DNA from: an uncultured Candidatus Actinomarina sp.
GTDB taxonomy: Bacteria > Actinomycetota > Acidimicrobiia > Actinomarinales > Actinomarinaceae
Direction: 5' to 3'
DNA: 64,000 nucleotides
Assembly (NCBI GenBank): GCA_902510995.1
Contig: CABXDL010000001.1
Span: 49,457 to 113,456 of the forward strand
Shown here: positions 56,867 to 64,000 of the stretch, piece after piece
How positions within the stretch are numbered: the first letter of the stretch is position 1
Layout of the letters: the number at the start of each line of letters is the position of its first letter
Program-made: the position numbers and the translations under genes
Notes under the pieces: generated by a model
What the model was told of the DNA's origin: nothing
Seen by the model: the letters and a program-made list of their open reading frames with translations, nothing else
Database searches by the model: none

Positions 56867-57271
56867 ATGACTTCAATAGATTCGATAAACGGTATGACTC
56901 ACATAGAGGCTACAAAATTAAGAAGAGCAAGAGTTCGAACAACCGTAACATTTTTACAGATAGCATCATCAAGATCAGGAAGAGCATTATTAACAAAAGA
57001 AACAGGAATTAGTTCTCCAAAACTTCTTCATTGGGCAAAAAGAGCTGAATTAATGAAAATAAGAGACCTTGGAAGGGATTATTCTGACTTACTTGAGGCT
57101 GTAGGTGTAGAAAGTGTTTCAGAGCTTAAAAGAAGAAATCCAGAATCACTTCATGAGTCAATGTCGGCAATGAATAGTAAGCAAGAAATCGTTGACAGGA
57201 TGCCTTCACTCAAAAGAGTTGCTAAATGGATAGACGAATCAAAAGATATCGATATTAAGGTCTCTTCTTAG
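56867..57271 (+). CDS. DUF4332 (helix-hairpin-helix) protein
   Basis: GR..L...TGI....LL.W...A.LM.I...G..Y..LL...GV..V.EL..RNP. Confidence 0.8.
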   Translation: MTSIDSINGMTHIEATKLRRARVRTTVTFLQIASSRSGRALLTKETGISSPKLLHWAKRAELMKIRDLGRDYSDLLEAVGVESVSELKRRNPESLHESMSAMNSKQEIVDRMPSLKRVAKWIDESKDIDIKVSS

Positions 57272-57296
57272 TTAACCAACTATCTATCATTAAATT

Positions 57297-59003
57297 GTGG
57301 GTACAAAAAAAATACGAATAACTGGTGCACAATTATCTTTTTCAGTTGGGGCAATTCAAGAAAATAAGTCAAAAATTTTAAACACCTTAGAACAAGCAGA
57401 AAAAATTAATTCAGATATAGTTGTTTTTCCAGAACTCTGCATTACAGGTTATCCTCCTGAAGATTTACTTTTAAGAGAAAGCTTTGTAGGAAAAAATTTC
57501 GCAGTTTTAGAAGAGATTGCAGAGTTTTCTGGTAGAACAAGCGGGATAATTGGTTTTGTAGATAGAAGCCTAGAAGAGCAAACAACAGATAATGTTGATA
57601 GAAAAATTACTAATGCAGCAGCAATAGTTCAGAATGGTGATGTTAAAGGAATTTATCATAAATGTTATCTACCAAATTATTCAGTATTTGATGAAGCCAG
57701 ATATTTTGCAAAAGGAACAAAACCAGAAGAAATATTTTGGTATGAGGATGTAGGCGTAGGAATAAATGTATGTGAAGATATCTGGATTGATGAAGGTCCA
57801 GCAGAAGAACAAGTTAAAAGAGGAGCCTCTTTAATAATAAATATAAATGCTTCCCCATTTGATATAGATAAAACTAAATCAAGAAAAGAAAAAGTAATTC
57901 ATAAAGCTAAGAAACTAAATGTTCCGATAATTTATTTGAATATGGTTGGGGGGCAGGACGAGTTAGTTTTTGACGGAGGCTCTTTTGTTGTTGATTCTGA
58001 TGGAAATATAATTCATGAAGCATCTCAATTTGTTGAAGAAGTATTTAGTTTTGACATTGACCTAGAGATCAAAGATATAAATACAGAAAATAAACTTATA
58101 ATAAATGAAAAAAATTCCGATATACCTTCAATCGAAAGTACAAAACCCTTAGAAGAACTTGAATCAATGTATTCTGCCTTAAAACTTGGGTTATCTGATT
58201 ATGTTAGAAAAAATAAGTTTAAAAAAGTTCTAGTAGGTATTTCTGGAGGAATAGATTCTGCCTTGACAGCTACGATTGCAGTTGACTCCTTATCTTCAGA
58301 GAATGTTATTGGAGTTGCCATGCCATCAAGATTTAACCCAGAGTCCTCTCTAAAAGACGCAGAAGCTTTGGCAAAAAATTTAAATATAGAGCTAAAGACT
58401 ATAAATATTGAAGAAACTGCTGAAAAATTTAGAGAACTTATAGGATCAAATATTGATGAGAGCTTAGAAAGTGTTGTGAAAGAAAACATACAGGCCAGGA
58501 TAAGAGGCAATATATTGATGGCTTTGTCAAACCAGTTAGGAGCAATGGTTGTTTCAACAGGGAATAAATCAGAAATGGCTGTTGGTTACTCAACTTTATA
58601 TGGTGATTTAGTTGGGGGTTTCGCCTTATTGAAGGATGTATATAAAACAGAGGTTTATAAACTTTCTAATTATAGAAATTCAATCTCAAAGGTAATACCA
58701 AAAAATATTATTAGTAAAAAACCAAGTGCCGAGCTTAGTGAAGATCAATATGACTCTGACACACTTCCAGAGTATGACTTACTAGACAAAATATTGAAGA
58801 TGTATATAGAGCTTGATTACTCATCTGAAAAAATAATAAAGTCGGGAATTGAAAAAGATGTTGTATTTGATATTCTTGAAAAAATAGATAGAAATGAATA
58901 TAAGCGTAAGCAAGTTGCTCCAGGTGTAAAATTAACGAGTAGGGCTTTTGGAAAAGACAGAAGAATGCCTATAACAAATACCTACATAAGAGATCGGTAC
59001 TAG
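57297..59003 (+). CDS. nadE: Glutamine-dependent NAD+ synthetase
   Basis: Nitrilase domain (FPEL..TGYPPEDL, CEDIW) plus SGGIDS, ENIQAR.RG, GNKSE, PSAEL. Confidence 0.96.
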   Translation: MGTKKIRITGAQLSFSVGAIQENKSKILNTLEQAEKINSDIVVFPELCITGYPPEDLLLRESFVGKNFAVLEEIAEFSGRTSGIIGFVDRSLEEQTTDNVDRKITNAAAIVQNGDVKGIYHKCYLPNYSVFDEARYFAKGTKPEEIFWYEDVGVGINVCEDIWIDEGPAEEQVKRGASLIININASPFDIDKTKSRKEKVIHKAKKLNVPIIYLNMVGGQDELVFDGGSFVVDSDGNIIHEASQFVEEVFSFDIDLEIKDINTENKLIINEKNSDIPSIESTKPLEELESMYSALKLGLSDYVRKNKFKKVLVGISGGIDSALTATIAVDSLSSENVIGVAMPSRFNPESSLKDAEALAKNLNIELKTINIEETAEKFRELIGSNIDESLESVVKENIQARIRGNILMALSNQLGAMVVSTGNKSEMAVGYSTLYGDLVGGFALLKDVYKTEVYKLSNYRNSISKVIPKNIISKKPSAELSEDQYDSDTLPEYDLLDKILKMYIELDYSSEKIIKSGIEKDVVFDILEKIDRNEYKRKQVAPGVKLTSRAFGKDRRMPITNTYIRDRY

Positions 59004-59006
59004 AAA

Positions 59007-59834
59007 ATGTATTTAATTAATGGAAAAGAAGTTAAAAAAGAGGACTTCAGTATTCCTGTTCAAGACTTAGTAGTCTGGCGAGGCGATGGAATTTTTGAAG
59101 CTATAAGAATTCACGGAGGCTTTTTATTTGCACTAGAAAAGCATATGGATAGATTTAAGAACTCTGCAAAAAAAATGTATTTTGAAAATATTGATTTTAA
59201 TAAAATACAGCAAGATTTAATTAAATTAGCTTCAAATTTTGATACCGGTTATGTCAGAGTAATAATTGGTCGTGGTGTTTCTGTAGATGAATTTAATGTA
59301 TATATTTTTCATCAAGAAACAGTTTCTTTTCCTGAATCTTATTCCTTACAATCACAGAAAGCACACTGGATGGCAGGTGGGGATTTTGGAATAAACGAAA
59401 TCCATAACATAGCAGCAAAAACAACTTCTTATGCAATGAATATGAACGAAACAAGACTTGCTGAGAAAAAGGGATTTACAGATGCTTTATTAGTAAACAG
59501 AGAAGGAGTAGTGCTTGAAGGTCCATCATTCTCAATAGGCTGGGTAAAAGAAGGTAAAGTTTTTGTTCCTGATTTAGATCTTGGAATATTAGATTCTGTA
59601 ACTAGAAGGTGTTTAATTGAAATTGGAGAAAGCGGGGCATTTGACATAGAGGTAGGGAGAATATCAATTGATGAACTTTACAAAGTTGATACAGTTTTTG
59701 TTTTATCTACTGCAAAGCATGCAATCTTTGTTAAAAGAATTGATGAAGCAGAGTATTCAGAAGACCCTCTTGTCGGCGTGATTAAAGATTCTTTTAAAAT
59801 AGAAATCGAAAAAGAAAAGAGTGGAAAACTTTAA
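59007..59834 (+). CDS. Class IV aminotransferase / 4-amino-4-deoxychorismate lyase family protein
   Basis: RGDGIFE, H..R, KT.SYA.N, LEG, IL.S.TR. Confidence 0.85.
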   Translation: MYLINGKEVKKEDFSIPVQDLVVWRGDGIFEAIRIHGGFLFALEKHMDRFKNSAKKMYFENIDFNKIQQDLIKLASNFDTGYVRVIIGRGVSVDEFNVYIFHQETVSFPESYSLQSQKAHWMAGGDFGINEIHNIAAKTTSYAMNMNETRLAEKKGFTDALLVNREGVVLEGPSFSIGWVKEGKVFVPDLDLGILDSVTRRCLIEIGESGAFDIEVGRISIDELYKVDTVFVLSTAKHAIFVKRIDEAEYSEDPLVGVIKDSFKIEIEKEKSGKL

Positions 59835-59848
59835 GACTAGGAGGTGCA

Positions 59849-60874
59849 ATGAGGCTAACTCAATACTCTCACGGCTCTGGCTGAGCTTGTAAACTCGCAC
59901 CAAGCGAGCTTGCTCAAGTTTTGAAGCAATTTGAACAACATAAAGCACTAAAATCTGAAAACTTAATTGTTGGTTTAGAAAACCCAGATGATGGTGGAGT
60001 GATCAACATTGGTGAAACAAAAATTATACAAACTGTAGATTTCTTTACACCAATTCTCGACAATCCTTATGACTGGGGAAGAGTTGCAGCTGCTAATGCC
60101 TTGTCTGATATTTATGCAATGGGAGGAGATCCTATATCTGCACTTCAACTAGTTTGTTGGCCCAGAGAAGATATAAGTTTTGATATCTTGGCTGAAGTGA
60201 TTAATGGAGGCCTTGACGTTATGGGTGAAGCAGGTTGTACCGTTATTGGTGGTCATAGTATTGACGACAAAGAACCGAAGTATGGTTTTTCCGTAACAGG
60301 AGTAATAAAAGACAATCCATTACTTAACAACAGCATTTCAGATAAAGACAAACTATATATTACAAAACCACTAGGCACAGGAATCATTGCAACAGCAATA
60401 AAAAAAGACATGGCTTCAGAGGAAGAAATCCTAGAAGCTACAAATAACATGGTTGCATTAAATAAAAATGCACTTAAGTTTGCAAAAGATAATAATGCAA
60501 ACGCACTCACAGACATAACTGGTTTCGGATTACTTGGTCATTTAACAGAAATGATAAACGGGACAAAGCTATCAGCAGTTATAAATTCAGACAATATTCC
60601 AGTAATTAAGGGAGTACATGATCTTCTTAATAAAGACATTTACCCTTCAGGGAGCGAAAGAAACCTAGCCTCTATAAAAGATAAATTAATATATGAAGTT
60701 GAGGAAGAGAAAATTAAAATATTTTGTGATGCCCAAACAAGCGGAGGTTTGCTAATTTCACTACCCGATAAAGGAAATATCAACCTTAAAGAAGCAAGAG
60801 ATAATTACGGAATTGATATCTGGGAAATAGGCGAAATAACTACACAATATAATGAAAAGATAAATATTATTTAA
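59849..60874 (+). CDS. selD: Selenophosphate synthetase, selenocysteine-containing
   Basis: AGGAGG, then ATG 59849: MRLTQYSHGSG-TGA(59882)-ACKL, in frame with DDG, DFFTP, AANALSD.YAMGG, GGHS, TD.TGFGLLGH, DAQTSGGLL. Confidence 0.95.
59882..59916 (+). promoter_or_regulatory. Candidate SECIS stem-loop in selD
   Basis: Lower stem UGAGC/GCUCA, upper stem CUCGC-ACCAA-GCGAG. Confidence 0.6.
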
Positions 60875-60877
60875 TTA

Positions 60878-61792
60878 ATGATTAAAACACTCACCAAAAT
60901 ATTTGCTTTTACTACGATTATAAAAAATTTAGTTGGGACAAAAAAAAGCAAGACAGAAGGAGTAACACAACTTCATCCTTCAAAAATTTCTGGAAGAACA
61001 ATTTTTATTCGCGAAAAAGAATATTTTATTAGAGAAGCCTTTGTTGATGGCACAACCCCAATAGTTTTTTTACATAGCTGGGGATCCGACTCATTAGGCA
61101 GTTGGTTTAAAGTTTTACCAAAATATGAAACAAAAAACTCCTTTGTTGCTATTGACCTAAAGAATCATGGCAAATCAGATGCAAGCTGGGAGAGATGGGA
61201 CATTGATGAAAATGCAGATATTGTAATCAGTGTTTTGAAAGATTTGAATATATCAGAATGCTATTTAGTTGGCTGGTCTATGGGGAGTGCAGTTGCTCTA
61301 AGCGTGACAAGAAAAAATCGAGATCTTGTAAAAAAATTAGTTTTAATAACTCCTTTCAGCTGGCAAGGTTTTAGCACGGAGTCACCTTTATTTAAAATAT
61401 TTGTAGCAGGAGTAAGAGCAAGAGAAAGACTTTTTCCTAATTCAAATCCACAATCAAAGTATTCATTTCTAAGGAAATCAAAAGCTGTAAAGAACGAATA
61501 TTCTGATTGGGCTTGGAATAATCTACATAAATCAAAAGATAATTTTATTTATGCTGACGGAGGTAGGTTTGTAGTCCCTTTTGATGCAAGGCCATGGTTA
61601 GGTGAAATTAATACTGAAACACTTGTACTAACTGGTGGCAAAGATAGCTTAGTCCCAGAACAGGTTTCTACTGAAATAATAGATGGCTTGCCGAATGTTG
61701 AGTCTAAGATCTTTATCGATGCGACACACGGGATTCCATGGACTCATGACCAAGAGCTTTCTGATGAGCTAGATAGATTTTTTGAGATATGA
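60878..61792 (+). CDS. Alpha/beta hydrolase
   Basis: DL.NHG.S, GWSMG, G.KD.LVP, H motif. Confidence 0.85.
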   Translation: MIKTLTKIFAFTTIIKNLVGTKKSKTEGVTQLHPSKISGRTIFIREKEYFIREAFVDGTTPIVFLHSWGSDSLGSWFKVLPKYETKNSFVAIDLKNHGKSDASWERWDIDENADIVISVLKDLNISECYLVGWSMGSAVALSVTRKNRDLVKKLVLITPFSWQGFSTESPLFKIFVAGVRARERLFPNSNPQSKYSFLRKSKAVKNEYSDWAWNNLHKSKDNFIYADGGRFVVPFDARPWLGEINTETLVLTGGKDSLVPEQVSTEIIDGLPNVESKIFIDATHGIPWTHDQELSDELDRFFEI

Positions 61793-62919
61793 AAAATGTA
61801 CTTTTTGTTGCTCCAACTACATATCAAATACCTTTAACTGAAAATATAGAAAAAAAATTTAAATACTTGAGTGAAATTTGTAACTTACATATTTTTGCTT
61901 TTTCCAATGAAAAAAATCATCTTAAAATTGGAGATACAAAACTCTATCTTTATAAGAAAGTTAAAAATAGAATATTAAATTATTTAAAAATATTTTTTTT
62001 GTCAGTTTTTATGCTCCCATCAGTTATTAAAGAAAACAATATAGAGATAATCTCATACCAGGATCCAGTATCTAGTTTTTTTTCTATTTTTGTTTTAAGA
62101 CTAAGGAATATAAAAACAAAAATAATTATTGAAACTCATGGGGATTTTATTGAAACATTAAGCCTTGAGAAGAATTTATTATTTCCAAGTATTTATAAGA
62201 AAGTGTTTATAAGCATGGCTAAATACACACTAGACAAAGCGGACAAACTTAGAACCGTTTCCTCATCTACAGAAGCCCAGGTAAGGGAAATAAATCAAAA
62301 TAAGGAAATAACTAGGTTTCCAGCTTGGGTAGATTTTGATAATTATAAAGATATTGAACCAGTTCGAGAGAACAATAAAGATTTTAAAATTTTATTCATA
62401 GGTAGTGTAACTGATAGAAAAAAACCCCACTTGATTGTCGAAGCATTAAATAATATTAAAAGCAAAGAGATAAAGTTATTTATTGTTGGGCCAATGCCTA
62501 ATGAAAGTTATTTAACTAAATTAAAAGAGCTTGTTAAGAGATATAGCCTAGAAGAGCAGGTAATATTTACTGGTTCTGTAGATAGAAAATCAGTCATGGA
62601 ACATTATGCAGAGACAAATTTGATGATTTTACCATCAGTTTCTGAAGGCTTAGCAAGAGTAATATTCGAGTCACAGGTAGCTGCTTGTCCTGTGCTCGTA
62701 ACAGATGCTCCAGGGATGGGTGATATTGTCATTGATGGACAGACTGGGTATATATTTGAAAGTAATAATCTTGAAAGCCTCACCAATAAAATACAAGAAA
62801 TTAAAAACAACTATGAAGAAGCAATACATGTTGGTAACAATGCAAAAGATTTTATATTAAGCAATTATTCAGCAGATAATTTTAAGTTTAGTTTTCAAAA
62901 GCTCTTCGATACTGCATGA
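61789..62919 (+). CDS. Glycosyltransferase family 4 (GT-B)
   Basis: E.HG, LFIG....RK, LPS.SEG...V..E, PV..T...G. Confidence 0.9.
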   Translation: MKNVLFVAPTTYQIPLTENIEKKFKYLSEICNLHIFAFSNEKNHLKIGDTKLYLYKKVKNRILNYLKIFFLSVFMLPSVIKENNIEIISYQDPVSSFFSIFVLRLRNIKTKIIIETHGDFIETLSLEKNLLFPSIYKKVFISMAKYTLDKADKLRTVSSSTEAQVREINQNKEITRFPAWVDFDNYKDIEPVRENNKDFKILFIGSVTDRKKPHLIVEALNNIKSKEIKLFIVGPMPNESYLTKLKELVKRYSLEEQVIFTGSVDRKSVMEHYAETNLMILPSVSEGLARVIFESQVAACPVLVTDAPGMGDIVIDGQTGYIFESNNLESLTNKIQEIKNNYEEAIHVGNNAKDFILSNYSADNFKFSFQKLFDTA

Positions 62920-62942
62920 GATAGGCTTCGATACTGTATGAG
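62904..62942 (+). repeat. 17-bp tandem direct repeat duplicating the 3' end of the GT4 gene
   Basis: CTTCGATACTGCATGAG (62904-62920) and CTTCGATACTGTATGAG (62926-62942). Confidence 0.85.
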
Positions 62943-62948
62943 TTTGTA

Positions 62949-63464
62949 ATGTTAAGAACATTAGTATCTATAATTTTACCAATAATTTTTATTGGAGGAA
63001 TTATATGGCTTATTAAAAGCTCTAATAGAAAGATTAATGAAGCATTAATTAAAGCATCAGAGAAGTTAAATTTTCTTTACAGCCCTTCAGACAGGCTTTT
63101 CAAGAAAAAAATTACGTCTGGGACAATAGATGGTTATAAGTGTGAAATAATTGTATACACACAAAGCCACGGTGAATCATCATCAACTTATATTTCTTTC
63201 TTTACTTACTTTCCAGATAGTTTAAATATGGGAATAAAGATTAATTGGAGGGGACAGTTTGAAGGAGACGATGACCATGTAGCAAATCTTTTCATAGAGC
63301 GAAATTTAGATCTTGTTGAAAGCCATAAGAAGAAACTTAGACGATTAAAAATAACTGACACGTATGTAAATTCTAGAAAAATTTTATTTAAAAAATATTT
63401 TAATCCTGAAGAGATTGTAAAAACTATGCATGACGTTGTTAATCTTGCAAAAAAAATAAAATAA
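62949..63464 (+). CDS. Hypothetical membrane-anchored protein
   Basis: 171-aa ORF with N-terminal TM helix. Confidence 0.7.
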   Translation: MLRTLVSIILPIIFIGGIIWLIKSSNRKINEALIKASEKLNFLYSPSDRLFKKKITSGTIDGYKCEIIVYTQSHGESSSTYISFFTYFPDSLNMGIKINWRGQFEGDDDHVANLFIERNLDLVESHKKKLRRLKITDTYVNSRKILFKKYFNPEEIVKTMHDVVNLAKKIK

Positions 63465-63494
63465 AAAAGAGTCCAGTTTCCTGAACTCTTTTTT
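63463..63494. terminator. Bidirectional terminator-like hairpin
   Basis: AAAAAAGAGTCCAG-TTTC-CTGAACTCTTTTTT; fully paired (with G-U) and GAAA-looped on the minus strand. Confidence 0.75.
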
Positions 63495-63625
63495 GAGGTA
63501 ACAGGCTTATTACCTAATTTTTATAATAATATAAGTTATTTTTAAATTAAAATATATTTAATTTTCATAAATTTATCTTCTGAAGAACATTTGAATCACA
63601 AATTAAGATATTCTAAAGTGGGGAA

Positions 63626-64000
63626 ATGAGCATAAAAAATAAAGCATTCAGTTATGAACCTAACTACAGTATTAATTCAGCTTCACAAGTTGAAACAGCT
63701 GAAGAATTGAAAGTTTTTGAAGGTAAAATGGGAAAGGGAGTAGTCAATAGATGGACTTATAAACCTTTTCGCCTATTAGGCCGTTTTTTAACTCCGAAAC
63801 CTGATATCACTGGAGTAACCATAATAGATGAAAAAGATGTTGGAAGAGGAATGTTAATTGTTCAACCAAAAAAACAAGAGATAGGTGGTGCATTATTTAT
63901 TATCCATGGTGGAGGTTATGTTGTTGGTAATTATAAAGATGTATTAGTGTATGCTTGCGAAACAGCAAGAGAGCTTGGTGTTCCAGTAGTCAGCCCTGGA
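63626..64000 (+). CDS. HSL-family esterase/lipase, 3'-truncated by window edge
   Basis: Open frame from ATG 63626 containing IHGGGYVVG. Confidence 0.8.
   Translation, partial: MSIKNKAFSYEPNYSINSASQVETAEELKVFEGKMGKGVVNRWTYKPFRLLGRFLTPKPDITGVTIIDEKDVGRGMLIVQPKKQEIGGALFIIHGGGYVVGNYKDVLVYACETARELGVPVVSPG

Noticed and set aside
59921..60874. selD as a truncated gene or pseudogene starting at TTG 59921
   Set aside because: An upstream SD, an ATG and a UGA at the catalytic position indicate Sec recoding.
56208..60874. MocA-like gene plus selD as a selenium-dependent molybdenum hydroxylase system
   Set aside because: No yqeB/yqeC or xanthine dehydrogenase-family genes in the window; Sec decoding already explains selD.
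62904..62942. CRISPR-like repeat
   Set aside because: Only two 17-nt copies with a 5-nt spacer, and no cas genes.

Overview
AT-rich, gene-dense chromosomal segment with very short intergenic gaps. Gene content (crgA, pknB, hspR-containing dnaK operon, PAC2 protein, bS22, F420-dependent enzymes, DUF3159, nested aspartokinase beta start) indicates a streamlined actinobacterium, by inference a marine Acidimicrobiia/'Ca. Actinomarina'-like lineage. It holds about 65 CDS and 6 tRNAs. No rRNA, CRISPR array, transposase or prophage was seen. Signals absent from or mis-called in the ORF track: (1) two UGA-recoded selenoprotein genes, a leaderless SelW/Rdx-type CxxU protein overlapping a TauE/SafE transporter and a Sec-containing SelD, each with a hairpin after the UGA; (2) two paralogous ~63-aa basic C-x4-C-x12-C-x2-H proteins of unknown family, each behind a palindromic operator (Rex/CRP-like; HAIR-like at the head of the dnaK operon); (3) a lipoyl/biotinyl-like domain inserted in an amino-acid ABC permease; (4) structured RNA candidates, one next to a cyanobacterial-looking uracil-DNA glycosylase; (5) altered catalytic or metal-ligand cysteines in TadA, Lnt and DnaX; (6) frequent leaderless promoter architecture. 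All family calls come from motif recognition by eye; no searches were run.
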